Below are positions 1 to 9,667 of a DNA stretch of 64,000 bases, one piece after another. The translations under genes were made by a program, and so were the position numbers. The DNA comes from Candidatus Moraniibacteriota bacterium (GTDB lineage Bacteria; Patescibacteriota; Minisyncoccia; Moranbacterales; DUUL01): contig JBFHFF010000005.1 of assembly GCA_041583775.1 (NCBI GenBank), positions 43,988 to 107,987 on the forward strand, written 5' to 3'. The stretch's first letter is position 1. Every line of letters starts with the position of its first letter. Under the pieces are notes generated by a model. That model was not told where the DNA came from. It saw only the letters and a program-made list of their open reading frames with translations, and made no database searches.

Positions 1-316
1 TAAGACGAAGGTGTTTGAGAGTTTTTTGTTGGTAGATGGGAATCGAGAAATTCCAAAATTGAAAATGAGACAAAGACTTTTTGTGAAAGGAGATGCTAGG
101 ATTTTTTCAATTGCAACAGCTTCAATTTGCGCTAAGGTGTATCGAGATGAGTTAATGAAGCAATATCATAAAAAGTGGCCTCATTTTGGTTTTGATGCAC
201 ATAAAGGATATGGAACCAAAAAACATATGGAAGCTTTATCGAAGAATGGACCATGCGAAATCCATAGAAAATCTTTTCGACCAGTAGAAGAAGCTTTGTT
301 GTCGGCATTAAAATAA
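1..316 (+). CDS. rnhB: Ribonuclease HII, C-terminal part (5' end lies outside window)
   Basis: Frame open to window edge; translation ...VKGDARIFSIATASICAKVYRDELM...FDAHKGYGTKKHMEAL...HRKSFRPV matches conserved RNase HII C-terminal motifs. Confidence 0.8.
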   Translation, partial: KTKVFESFLLVDGNREIPKLKMRQRLFVKGDARIFSIATASICAKVYRDELMKQYHKKWPHFGFDAHKGYGTKKHMEALSKNGPCEIHRKSFRPVEEALLSALK

Positions 317-329
317 TATAGATAAATAA

Positions 330-350
330 AAAACACCATAAGGTGTTTCT
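330..350. terminator. Short hairpin (aacacc-ata-aggtgtt) between convergent rnhB and tRNA-Leu; probable bidirectional terminator
   Basis: Inverted repeat 332-347 flanked by A-run upstream and T-rich downstream; sits between stop of rnhB (314-316) and 3' end of minus-strand tRNA. Confidence 0.45.
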
Positions 351-352
351 TG

Positions 353-436
353 TGCCTCGGGAGAGAATCGAACTCTCACAGTATCACTACTACACGATTT
401 TGAGTCGTGCGCGTCTACCAATTCCGCCACCGAGGC
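353..436 (-). tRNA. tRNA-Leu (anticodon CAA)
   Basis: Reverse complement gcctcggtggcggaattggtagacgcgcacgactCAAaatcgtg...gagagttcgattctctcccgaggca folds as cloverleaf: 7-bp acceptor, D-arm GGTAGA, anticodon loop ctCAAaa, long variable arm typical of Leu, T-arm GTTCGATTC. Confidence 0.85.
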
Positions 437-603
437 ATTACAATCTAAATCTAATGATATAGAAGCAAATTAATTCTGTCAATTATCTAATGGAAAGTGC
501 TTTTAGTATTGCAAAAAGCATTTCCTTGTGTTATTGTGTATTCAGTCCAAAAGTGACTTTTGGGCATTCTTATTATTTTTAGATAAAAAGCTAAGTTAAA
601 GTA

Positions 604-816
604 ATGGCAGTACCAAAGCAAAGACATAACAGAAGTCGAACAAGAAGAAGAAGAGGTGGGCACGATAAACAACAAGCTATTTCTTTTGTTAAATGTTCAA
701 GCTGCGAAAAAGAGATTGAAGCTCACAAGCTTTGTCCTTATTGTGGTTCATTCAAAGGGAGAGAAATTATAAATATGACAGCTGAGACAAAAAAAGTAGA
801 AAAAAGCGACAAATAA
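604..816 (+). CDS. rpmF: 50S ribosomal protein L32
   Basis: MAVPKQRHNRSRTRRRRG N-terminus typical of bL32 plus C-x2-C...C-x2-C zinc ribbon (CSSCEKE...CPYCG). Confidence 0.85.
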   Translation: MAVPKQRHNRSRTRRRRGGHDKQQAISFVKCSSCEKEIEAHKLCPYCGSFKGREIINMTAETKKVEKSDK

Positions 817-876
817 TAGTTCTTCTTTTTAGTATTTCTTTTGAAATTTTATATTTGAGTTAATACAAAACAAATT

Positions 877-1482
877 ATGGGAAGTAGACATCTTTCACGC
901 TCAATAGCAATGCAAAGTCTTTATGAATGGGACTTTAATAGTGTTTCTGACAAAGAGTTGGGAATGATTTTGCAAAATAACATAAAAGAGTTTGGTTCAA
1001 ATGTAGATGATGACAGCTTTATTAAGAAGCTTGTTTTTGGTGTTTTGGAGAAAAAAGAAACAATTGATCCTATTATCGAGAAATGTGCTCCGGAATGGCC
1101 ACTTAATCAAATAACTATCATAGATAGGAATGTTTTGCGCTTAGGTATTTATGAGCTTATGTTTGGAAGTTACAACGAGGCTCCACCAAAGGTTGCAATT
1201 AATGAGGCGATTGAACTTGCAAAGGCTTTCGGCGGTGAAAGTAGCGGTAGATTTGTAAATGGAGTTTTGGGAACAGTCTATCGTGAGATGGGTGAGCCTA
1301 TGAAAGAAGACACAACAGAGACTGGAAAGAAACGGCGAGAGGAATCCTCGGATATTGAAGCGATAAAGTCTCCAGATAAGAATAATGGATCGCAAGAAAA
1401 AAAAGAAAAAGAAATCGGAAAAAAAGTTACAAAAGAGGATGCTGAGATCTCAAAACTAGCAACGCAAGAGGATAAGGAATAA
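877..1482 (+). CDS. nusB: Transcription antitermination factor NusB with K/E-rich C-terminal extension
   Basis: [18 protein letters not shown]...[13 protein letters not shown]...[24 protein letters not shown] are NusB family motifs; gene order rpmF-nusB-rnc. Confidence 0.75.
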   Translation: MGSRHLSRSIAMQSLYEWDFNSVSDKELGMILQNNIKEFGSNVDDDSFIKKLVFGVLEKKETIDPIIEKCAPEWPLNQITIIDRNVLRLGIYELMFGSYNEAPPKVAINEAIELAKAFGGESSGRFVNGVLGTVYREMGEPMKEDTTETGKKRREESSDIEAIKSPDKNNGSQEKKEKEIGKKVTKEDAEISKLATQEDKE

Positions 1483-1605
1483 TCGTTATCATTTTAAATA
1501 GATGATAATTTTTAATAAAAATATTTAAAATACCTAATTGATAACCTAGTGCTAAAGTGGAAGGTATGAAATTGTTCATGGTTCCCATTTGAGGGCTTAA
1601 AAGTT

Positions 1606-2295
1606 ATGGAAAAATTTAACAAACTTGCAAATAAAATAGAAGTAGATTTCGAAAAATTAGAGCTTTTACAGGAGGCGATGACACATCGTTCATATTTAAA
1701 TGAACACAAGGACTATAAATTAAACCAGAATGAAAGAATGGAATTTTTGGGGGATGCCGTTTTGGAACTTGTTGTGACAGAATATTTATATCTAAATTTC
1801 AATAATCCAGAAGGAGAACTTACAAACTGGAGAGCTTCATTAGTGAAGGGTGAAATGCTAGCAGTTGTTGCTGAAGAGATTGGAATTGAAAAATATCTTT
1901 TAATGTCTAAGGGAGAAAAAAGAGATACAGGCAAAGCTAGGCAGTATATCTTGGCAAATGCTATGGAAGCAATTATTGGAGCTATCTATCTAGACAAAGG
2001 GTATGATGTTGCTAGTAAATTTATCACAAAATGGATAATTTCAAAATTAGCTGATATTCTTGAAAATAAAAGCTATTTAGATCCAAAAAGTTATTTTCAA
2101 GAGAAGGCACAAGAGCATGAGCAGACCACACCACACTATGAAGTTTTGGAAGAATGGGGACCTGATCATGAAAAAACTTTTTTAATGGGCGTTTTTCTAA
2201 ATGATGAGAAAGTTGCTGAGGGAAGGGGTGATTCTAAACAAGCTGCGCAGAGAAATGCAGCTGAAAAGGGATTGGAAGCAAAGGGTTGGAATTAA
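1606..2295 (+). CDS. rnc: Ribonuclease III
   Basis: LLQEAMTHRSY and ERMEFLGDAVLELVVTEYLY RNase III signature, C-terminal dsRBD-like region (EGRGDSKQAAQRNAAEKGL). Confidence 0.9.
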   Translation: MEKFNKLANKIEVDFEKLELLQEAMTHRSYLNEHKDYKLNQNERMEFLGDAVLELVVTEYLYLNFNNPEGELTNWRASLVKGEMLAVVAEEIGIEKYLLMSKGEKRDTGKARQYILANAMEAIIGAIYLDKGYDVASKFITKWIISKLADILENKSYLDPKSYFQEKAQEHEQTTPHYEVLEEWGPDHEKTFLMGVFLNDEKVAEGRGDSKQAAQRNAAEKGLEAKGWN

Positions 2296-2330
2296 TTTTG
2301 GATGAAAATAAATAAAAATGAAATTTAAGG

Positions 2331-2360
2331 ACTCACTGCTTTTTGGCGGTGAGTTTTTGT
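2331..2360 (+). terminator. Rho-independent terminator after rnc
   Basis: 9-bp stem actcactgc/gcggtgagt (one G-U) with 6-nt loop followed by tttttgttt. Confidence 0.55.
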
Positions 2361-2475
2361 TTATAACATCTTTCCTGAACAGGTTCATTATCGAAGTCAA
2401 TAAACTAATTGTTGTTTGGGAAGCAAAATGTTACAACATTGCAAAAGATTTTAGATAAAAAATGACTTTCTACGC

Positions 2476-2601
2476 ATGTCTATTAAAGCAATAGTTTGGG
2501 ATATCGGGGGTGTTATTTTAGATGAACCTAAAATTGGTGATTTCTGCTTTTGCGGAAATGAAAAACAGAGCGATGACTGTGATGAAGTATTTATAAATTA
2601 A
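2476..2601 (+). pseudogene. 41-codon remnant resembling the N-terminus of a HAD-family phosphatase (MSIKAIVWDIGGVILDEP...)
   Basis: ATG at 2476, stop 2599-2601; motif IVWDIGGVILD resembles HAD motif I variants (FDlGnVivD) but ORF stops after 41 aa with no continuation in other frames. Confidence 0.25.
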
Positions 2602-2819
2602 AAAATTGATTCAAAATTCAAAATTAGAAATTTAAAACTGATTCTATTTAATTATTTAATTAATTACTTACACAACCCTCTATAACACTGCAATACTATA
2701 TTCTTTGATAAAAGAATTTTGTTATAGTATAATGCAAAAGTATTAATGAAATCAGATCTTGTGAAAGCAGGGCTTTCTTTTATTGTAAAAAACTTGAAAA
2801 TAAATAAAAAAGGACAAAA

Positions 2820-5141
2820 ATGTTTTTGAAAAAACTTGAAATCATTGGATTTAAATCATTTGCCAAAAAAACTGTGTTAGATTTTTCGCACACAGGAGCC
2901 TTGAATGGTGGTAAAAATATCGGTATTTCAGCAATTGTTGGCCCTAATGGAAGTGGAAAATCAAATGTTGCAGATGCTTTGCGTTGGGCAATGGGTGAAC
3001 AATCAATGAAGCATTTACGAGGAAAGAAAACTCAAGATATTATTTTTGCTGGAAGTGGAAAAAAAGCAAAACTGGGTAGTGCTCAAGTTTCAATCTATTT
3101 GGATAATTCAAAAAAACAAATTCCACTTGCTTTTGATGAAGTTATTGTTACGAGAAAGATTTACAGAAGTGGTGAAAGTGAATACCTTGTAAATGGTGCA
3201 AAAGCAAGATTAATTGATATTGTTGATCTTTTGGCAAAGGCTGGAATTGGTCAGCGAAGTTATTGTATTGTTAATCAAGGAATGGCTGATCAGATATTAA
3301 ACGCAACACCAGTTGAAAGGCGTGCAATTCTTGAAGAAGCTGCTGGTGTTAAGGAGTTTCAAGTTAAGAAGCAAAGAAGTCAAAGAAAGCTTAATAGCAC
3401 AAGGATAAATTTGGATAGAGTTGAAGGCTTGTTAGTTGAAATTGAGCCACACCTGAAACTATTAAAAAGACAAAGTACTAGAGCTGAAAAAGGTGAAATT
3501 TTCAGAAAAGAATTGAAAGAAAAACAACATTTATTGTATGGTTTTTTATGGAATGGACTAGCCCGGGCAGTGGAAAAGGCGAAAAAAGTTAAGCAAGAAA
3601 TGGAGATTGAGGTTGCTAAATTACAAAAAGAAGTTGATGTTATTGCTAATGAACTAAGAAGTGAGTCTAAGAATACTGTCTCTTTACAAGCAGAGGTGAA
3701 TAAACTCGAGTCATCTCAAAGGGCAATAAATTATGAGTTGAATACTTTGGAGCGAAATTTGATTATTGCAGAAGGAAAACTGACATTAGAGAAGGAACGA
3801 GCCAGAGATATTAAACTTGTGGATGTTATTCCAATGGGAGCTCAGATGATTAAGACAAGGCTTTCTGAGATTAAAGCTCAGCAAGAGAAATTAATCGAGC
3901 GCATTGAAGGCATTGATGACTTGAAACAGATTCAAGAAATAAAAGAATATGCAAGAGCCATTTCAATGGAGATGTATGAGTTATATGAAGCTGTGGTGAA
4001 GGGTAAGATGGAGAAAAAGAAACCGCAAGAAGAAATTGAAAGACAAAAGACAATCAACTCAAAGAAGGTTAGTTTGATAATGAATGAGATTAATCAATTT
4101 AGAAATAAAAAGAATAAATTACAAAAAGAAGTTGATTTAGTTGGAAGGAAAATTGCAGAGTTTATCAAAAAAGATAGAGAAGAAAGAAGAGCGGCAATAG
4201 ACTTGGAGGATAAACTTAGACGAAGTAGGTTTGAGCTTGATAAAAAGAAAGATCTTTTAAATGAAACGAAAGTTGAGCTTGCTAAAAATGAGGTAAAAGA
4301 AGAGGATTTGGGGAGTAGAATTAGATCTGAAATGAGAATTGTTCCTGAAAAATTACAATATAAAGGTGAATCTGTGGATATTGCTCAGTGTGATAGAGAT
4401 ATTAATAGGTTGAAGTTTCAGTTGGAGCAAATTGGTGGCACTGATGAATCAATCATCGAGGAATATAATGAAACACAGAAAAGATATGATTTTCTTTCGA
4501 AAGAGTCACAGGACTTATATGAGGCAATGAAAAAGCTGAAAAAAGTTATTAGGGAGATGGATTCAAAAATTAAGGATGAATTTGAAGATGCTTTTAATTT
4601 TATTAACAAAGAATTTTCTAAATATTTTAAAATTATTTTTAATGGTGGAAAGGCGAGGCTGGAAAAAATTGAAATCACAAACAATAAAAACTCTTTAGAA
4701 AGAAATAATTCAGATGAAAAAGATTCGATTGATGGAGAGGAATTTGCAGAGGCTCGGGAGGAGGATGATAAACAAATTGGAATTGAGATTTTTGCTGAAC
4801 CAGCAGGTAAGAGAATCACAAATCTTGGAATGCTTTCAGGGGGAGAAAGGACGCTAACTTCCATTGCAATGTTATTTGCAATTATTTCTCACAACCCACC
4901 TCCTTTTGCTTTTTTGGACGAAGTGGAAGCAGCTCTTGATGAAGCTAATTCAAGGAGGTTTGGAAAAATTCTAAATGAACTATCTGGTAAAACTCAATTT
5001 GTACTAATTTCTCACAATAGACAAACAATGAGAGAAGCTGCATTGCTTTATGGAGTGACTATGGGAGAAGATGGTATTTCTAAGTTATTATCAGTTAAAT
5101 TGGATCAAATCGGCAAAGAGGGAGTGATTAAAAAAGATTAA
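2820..5141 (+). CDS. smc: SMC-family chromosome segregation ATPase, unusually compact (773 aa)
   Basis: N-terminal Walker A GPNGSGKSNVADAL, long K/E-rich coiled-coil middle, C-terminal LSGGERTLTSIAMLFAI signature and FAFLDEVEAALDEAN Walker B/D-loop; no recognisable hinge motif seen. Confidence 0.75.
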   Translation: MFLKKLEIIGFKSFAKKTVLDFSHTGALNGGKNIGISAIVGPNGSGKSNVADALRWAMGEQSMKHLRGKKTQDIIFAGSGKKAKLGSAQVSIYLDNSKKQIPLAFDEVIVTRKIYRSGESEYLVNGAKARLIDIVDLLAKAGIGQRSYCIVNQGMADQILNATPVERRAILEEAAGVKEFQVKKQRSQRKLNSTRINLDRVEGLLVEIEPHLKLLKRQSTRAEKGEIFRKELKEKQHLLYGFLWNGLARAVEKAKKVKQEMEIEVAKLQKEVDVIANELRSESKNTVSLQAEVNKLESSQRAINYELNTLERNLIIAEGKLTLEKERARDIKLVDVIPMGAQMIKTRLSEIKAQQEKLIERIEGIDDLKQIQEIKEYARAISMEMYELYEAVVKGKMEKKKPQEEIERQKTINSKKVSLIMNEINQFRNKKNKLQKEVDLVGRKIAEFIKKDREERRAAIDLEDKLRRSRFELDKKKDLLNETKVELAKNEVKEEDLGSRIRSEMRIVPEKLQYKGESVDIAQCDRDINRLKFQLEQIGGTDESIIEEYNETQKRYDFLSKESQDLYEAMKKLKKVIREMDSKIKDEFEDAFNFINKEFSKYFKIIFNGGKARLEKIEITNNKNSLERNNSDEKDSIDGEEFAEAREEDDKQIGIEIFAEPAGKRITNLGMLSGGERTLTSIAMLFAIISHNPPPFAFLDEVEAALDEANSRRFGKILNELSGKTQFVLISHNRQTMREAALLYGVTMGEDGISKLLSVKLDQIGKEGVIKKD

Positions 5142-5159
5142 CAATGCTAATGTAGAGAA

Positions 5160-5978
5160 ATGGAAAAAAGAGAAAATCAAAAAGATGTGTTTGCCGGTTT
5201 TATTGTTCGATTTGCTGCTTTTGCAGTTGACTTTTTAGTAATCGTTTTAATCTCAATTGTTGTTGGATTTTTTTTTGCAATCATAACAAAAATTGCAAAT
5301 ATCAATTGGAATGTGGAGACAGTTTCTAGTTTTGTAGGGTTTTTGTTGAATGCTGGGTATTATGTATTTATGACATATAATTATGGTGCAACAATTGGTA
5401 AGAGAGTTTTTGGATTGAAAGTTAAGAGCGTGAAAGATGAGAAATTGGATATAGGAGCAGTTATTGTTCGAGAGATTGCAGGAAAATTTATCTCCATAAT
5501 GTTGATAGGTCTTGGATATCTTTGGATTGTTTTTGACAGAAGAAAGCAAGGGCTTCACGATAAATTAGCAGGAACTATCGTGGTGATTGATACAGACAGT
5601 AAAATAGCAGAATGGAAAATCAAAGTCATTGCTGGAATTTTCGCACTATTGCTAGTTTGTTTCTCGGTTTGGATAGTATTTGGAGTCGTTGATGAGGAGT
5701 TTCAAGATGAGATAAATCGTGATCAGGTGGTTTTATCGGTAAATAAAGTGTTGGTATCTGGTAAACTTTGTGTTTCGGAAGGTAACGACATTAGAAAACC
5801 AGTTAGTCTTCAAGGTGGTGGTGATGTTTGTACTGAAAAAATTGGAATAGAATGGCCTAAACTATTCGAGGGATATCAGTATGGAAAGATTAATAATAAT
5901 GATATTTTTATTCAGAAAAATGGCATTGACATTGCTAGGTGTAAAATTAAAGAAGTCTTTTGCGAGCTTGTTGAGTAA
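5160..5978 (+). CDS. RDD-family membrane protein with C-terminal extracytoplasmic extension
   Basis: AGFIVRFAAFAVDFLVIVL...GKRVFGLKV...GLHDKLAGTIVV matches RDD domain pattern; 3-4 predicted TM helices. Confidence 0.65.
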   Translation: MEKRENQKDVFAGFIVRFAAFAVDFLVIVLISIVVGFFFAIITKIANINWNVETVSSFVGFLLNAGYYVFMTYNYGATIGKRVFGLKVKSVKDEKLDIGAVIVREIAGKFISIMLIGLGYLWIVFDRRKQGLHDKLAGTIVVIDTDSKIAEWKIKVIAGIFALLLVCFSVWIVFGVVDEEFQDEINRDQVVLSVNKVLVSGKLCVSEGNDIRKPVSLQGGGDVCTEKIGIEWPKLFEGYQYGKINNNDIFIQKNGIDIARCKIKEVFCELVE

Positions 5979-6045
5979 AAATTTTTTGGATGTGTGGAAA
6001 AACTAATAATAAGGTTTCGGATTGTTATTGGGATGTTAAAAATGA

Positions 6046-6084
6046 TTACCAGATTCTGATTTGAATAAAAATCAGAATCTGGTA
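6046..6084. terminator. Perfect 17-bp inverted repeat with 5-nt loop, probable terminator downstream of RDD gene
   Basis: ttaccagattctgattt-gaata-aaatcagaatctggtaa, followed by moderately T-rich sequence. Confidence 0.45.
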
Positions 6085-6200
6085 AAATGTTATTATATTT
6101 CTAAAAAAGTCTTATTTTTAGTGCTTTTTAGGAAAGTTGGATAGTATTATAGTAGGACTTTAACTATTTTAGAGAATATTAATAAAATTAAAAAAGAGGA

Positions 6201-6650
6201 ATGAACATCGAAGAATTTAGAGAAGAAGTTAATTTGGAAAATAGGGTTTTAATCGACAACAGGGAATTTGAAATTTTAGAAATAGTTCGTTTTCAGTTGG
6301 ATGATGGATCTGTTTATACGAAATTATTTCTTGAAGATGGACATGTTTTAGCTGATGATGAAGAGCAAGATGTTTATCTTCTTGTTGAGGATGTGAAGAC
6401 TGATTTCAAGGAACCTTTTCCTGAGGTAATTGAATTTGATTCAAAAAGATTTACATTTCAATATAGCGCTCACGCTACCGCAATTGAAACAGAAGGGGAT
6501 GAGATTTTTCCTATGGGAGAATCGGAAAGGTTTTGGGATTATCAAGCTAGAGATGGTAGTTATTTGAGTTTGGGAATTATGGATACTACGGGAAAGAGAA
6601 TGGATTTGTGTGGAAGAATCGTTCAAAAGGACGAATTGGAATTAATTTAA
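6201..6650 (+). CDS. Hypothetical acidic protein (149 aa)
   Basis: ORF with good RBS (aaaaaagaggaATG); no family recognised. Confidence 0.5.
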   Translation: MNIEEFREEVNLENRVLIDNREFEILEIVRFQLDDGSVYTKLFLEDGHVLADDEEQDVYLLVEDVKTDFKEPFPEVIEFDSKRFTFQYSAHATAIETEGDEIFPMGESERFWDYQARDGSYLSLGIMDTTGKRMDLCGRIVQKDELELI

Positions 6651-6658
6651 AATTTGTT

Positions 6659-7351
6659 ATGGAAAAAATCAACTTTTATATTATTGCAACGCCAATTGGA
6701 AACCTTGGAGATGTAACTTTTCGCGCAATAGAAGTTTTAAAAAAGGTTGATCTGGTTTTATGTGAAGATACTAGAGTGACGGCCAAATTGCTTAATCATT
6801 ATGAAATAAAAAAACCACTTTTATCTTATCATCAAAGGAGCTCTCTTGATAAAAGTGATAAAATAATTGAAAATATTAGACAAGGAAAAGTTCTTGGATT
6901 AGTGACTGATGCTGGTACCCCTGGCATTTCTGATCCGGGAAATGAACTTGTTGCTAAAATTCTAAAAGAATTTGGAGATGGTGTCCGAATCGTTCCTGTT
7001 CCTGGGGTTTCAGCCATCACAACACTCGCTTCTGTCGCAGGAATTGACTTATCTAAATTTATTTTTTTGGGATTTGTACCAAATAAGAAAGGTAGACAAA
7101 CATTTTTAAAACAAGTATTAGAATCAGATTTGCCAGTTTTCTACTATGATTCCCCGCATCGTTTTTTGAAAAATTTAAAATTATGTGAAGAGCTCTGTGA
7201 AGAATTGGATATCCAAAAAAGAATGATTGTTGGGAGAGAGCTTACGAAGATGTTTGAGGAGATTGTCCGTGGAGATTTTGGTGAGATTAGGGAATATTTC
7301 GAGAAAAAAGAGTCAACAGTTAAGGGCGAATTCGTTGTGATATTGAACTAG
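6659..7351 (+). CDS. rsmI: 16S rRNA (cytidine1402-2'-O)-methyltransferase RsmI
   Basis: FYIIATPIGNLGDVTFRAIEVLKKVDLVLCEDTRVTAKLL is the RsmI/tetrapyrrole-methylase N-terminal signature; ATG at 6659 chosen over the upstream in-frame 6608 start, which overlaps the previous gene. Confidence 0.8.
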   Translation: MEKINFYIIATPIGNLGDVTFRAIEVLKKVDLVLCEDTRVTAKLLNHYEIKKPLLSYHQRSSLDKSDKIIENIRQGKVLGLVTDAGTPGISDPGNELVAKILKEFGDGVRIVPVPGVSAITTLASVAGIDLSKFIFLGFVPNKKGRQTFLKQVLESDLPVFYYDSPHRFLKNLKLCEELCEELDIQKRMIVGRELTKMFEEIVRGDFGEIREYFEKKESTVKGEFVVILN

Positions 7352-7495
7352 AGTCTTAATTTCGGAGATTATTTTTTAGTAGCGGGTGATTGTTGAAGAG
7401 GCAATCCACTTAAGAATATTTTTTCCAGAAAGTAAAAGTTGATTTTTGCTCGTTATTGCGATAGAATAGGGATAAATAATAAGTCTGAATTTTAT

Positions 7496-8389
7496 ATGAA
7501 AATAATTCAAAAACGGAAGGGATTTTTTGCGTTTTCTTTAACGCTTGTATTTGCTAGTATAGTGGCTATTTCAGTTTGGGGTCTTAGGTTGGGTATGGAT
7601 TTTGTTGGTGGAACAAAATTGACTTTGAAATATGAGAATGGTCTCCCTTCTAACAATGAAGTTCGTGAACAGTTAAGCGATTTTCAATTGGGGAGCTTGA
7701 CGATTCAAAGCGCTGAAGACAACACAATGTTTGTGCGATTTGTTACCAGCGAGGATGATGACGAGGCCCTGAAGAGTGTTCAAGATAAACTCATGGCTTC
7801 GAGAGATGATTTGAATATCGAAGAAGTTTCTTTTATTAGCTCAACAATTTCAAGTGAATTAAAATCTAGGGCCATTACTGCTATCATTTTTGCAGTTATG
7901 GGAATTGCACTTTATGTTGCATGGGCTTTTCGAAAAGTTTCTTATCCCGTTGAGAGTTGGAAATATGGGATTGGAGCAGTGATAGCACTTACTCATGATA
8001 TTTTGATTACGATTGGAATTTTTTCTTTTCTGGGACGCTTCTACGGTATGGAAATAAACATTCCTTTTGTGGCAGCACTATTAACGATTTTGGGGTATAG
8101 TGTAAATGATACAATTGTTGTTTATGATAGAATTAGGGAAAATTTAAATAAAGCAGGTGCAAAAGATAATTTTGAAGAAACTGTTAATTCTTCAATTAAT
8201 CAAACTTTAGGTAGGTCAATAAATACATCATTGACAGTAGTAATCGTTTTGGGTGCAATTATTTTGTTCGGGGGTGAGAGTATTTATTCTTTTTCACTCG
8301 CTCTTTTGGTGGGAATTATTTTTGGGACCTATTCCTCAATTTTTGTTGCAAGTGCTTTGATTGTTGAGCTTTGGAAACAAAGAAAATAA
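7496..8389 (+). CDS. secF: Protein-export membrane protein SecF
   Basis: LGMDFVGGTKLTL motif and six-TM architecture typical of SecF; start taken at MKIIQKRK (7496). Confidence 0.7.
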   Translation: MKIIQKRKGFFAFSLTLVFASIVAISVWGLRLGMDFVGGTKLTLKYENGLPSNNEVREQLSDFQLGSLTIQSAEDNTMFVRFVTSEDDDEALKSVQDKLMASRDDLNIEEVSFISSTISSELKSRAITAIIFAVMGIALYVAWAFRKVSYPVESWKYGIGAVIALTHDILITIGIFSFLGRFYGMEINIPFVAALLTILGYSVNDTIVVYDRIRENLNKAGAKDNFEETVNSSINQTLGRSINTSLTVVIVLGAIILFGGESIYSFSLALLVGIIFGTYSSIFVASALIVELWKQRK

Positions 8390-8424
8390 AATTGATAAAT
8401 AGAAATAAAAGGTAATAAAAAAAA

Positions 8425-9549
8425 TTGAAAATTGCTATAGTTCATGACTATTTAGTTCAATATGGGGGAGCGGAAAGAGTGCTCGAGGCAATTTGTGAAA
8501 TTTGGCCCCAGGCACCTATATACACACTGTTGCATGACAGTGAGCTTGTGCATCATAAATTTGATAATAAGGTGGTTAGAACATCTTTTTTGCAAAAAAT
8601 CCCATTTGCTAAAAAACACCATAGAATTTTCCCACCGTTGATGATGCTTGGAATAGAGCAGTTTAATTTGGACTATTATGACATTGTTTTATCTGACTCA
8701 TCAAGTTTCGCAAAAAATTTAATTACCAATCCAAACACTTTACATATAACCTATTGTCATACCCCTATGCGTTATGGTTGGGATGATTGTCAATATTACA
8801 CACAAGAATTTAGCCTTCCAGGGATTGTTAAGAAAATTGTGCCACTGCTTATGAACTATATCAGAATGTGGGATTTTTTTGGTTCATACGGAGTTGATCA
8901 TTTCATTGCAAATTCAAAATTTGTCTCAACAAGAATTCAAAAATATTATCATAGAGATTCGTATGTAATTAATCCTCCTGTTAATGTGAACGATTTTCAT
9001 ATATGCAAAGAAGATGAACGAGGAGAATATTTCTTGATGGTTGGTAGAATGATGAAATATAAAAAAATGGATTTAGTAATAGAAACATTTAATGAATTGA
9101 AACTACCACTTAAAATCGTTGGCAGGGGGATCGAAAAAGAATATTTGGAAAAAATTGCTGGTCCAACAGTTGAATTTCTCGGAAGAGTAACAGATGAAGA
9201 GCTATATGATATTTATGCGAAAGCGCAGGCCTTTATTTTTCCCCAAGAAGAAGATTTTGGAATTGTTGCAATTGAAGCTCTAGCTTCGGGAAGGCCATTA
9301 ATTGCCTTTCGTGGTGGAGATATTGTGGAGCATATTCAAGAAGGCAAGAGTGGTATTTTCTTTGAGAATCAAACCAAAAAAGATTTAATTGCTGCAATAA
9401 AAAAATTTCAAAAAACAGACTTTGATTCCGAATTTATTCGTTCCACATCTTTAAGATTTGAAAAAAAGAACTTTCAAAATAAGATTGAAAAATTTGTAAA
9501 TGAACGACTAGAAGAATTTGGTGAAAAAAATAAACAACAAAAATGTTAG
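8425..9549 (+). CDS. Glycosyltransferase family 4 (GT-B, group 1)
   Basis: MKIAIVHDYLVQYGGAERVLEAI N-terminus and C-terminal EDFGIVAIEALASGRPLIA (E-x7-E region) typical of GT4; TTG start at 8425. Confidence 0.7.
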   Translation: MKIAIVHDYLVQYGGAERVLEAICEIWPQAPIYTLLHDSELVHHKFDNKVVRTSFLQKIPFAKKHHRIFPPLMMLGIEQFNLDYYDIVLSDSSSFAKNLITNPNTLHITYCHTPMRYGWDDCQYYTQEFSLPGIVKKIVPLLMNYIRMWDFFGSYGVDHFIANSKFVSTRIQKYYHRDSYVINPPVNVNDFHICKEDERGEYFLMVGRMMKYKKMDLVIETFNELKLPLKIVGRGIEKEYLEKIAGPTVEFLGRVTDEELYDIYAKAQAFIFPQEEDFGIVAIEALASGRPLIAFRGGDIVEHIQEGKSGIFFENQTKKDLIAAIKKFQKTDFDSEFIRSTSLRFEKKNFQNKIEKFVNERLEEFGEKNKQQKC

Positions 9550-9667
9550 CATTCTTAGTGTTTAAAGTGCTGGAAAGATTTTCAAATTTGTTTGCAGTCT
9601 AAATGACAAACAAATTTTATAAATCATTTCGAGACAAACGAAATGTAAAAATATTAAATAAAATAAA

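Noticed and set aside
2423-2444. Imperfect palindrome aatgtt-ac-aacatt upstream of smc as an operator
   Set aside because: It is short, AT-rich and occurs once; it cannot be distinguished from chance in AT-rich DNA.
3871-4864. Minus-strand ORFs inside smc (3871..4053, 4418..4864)
   Set aside because: They are antisense to a conserved ATPase gene and their translations are low-complexity.
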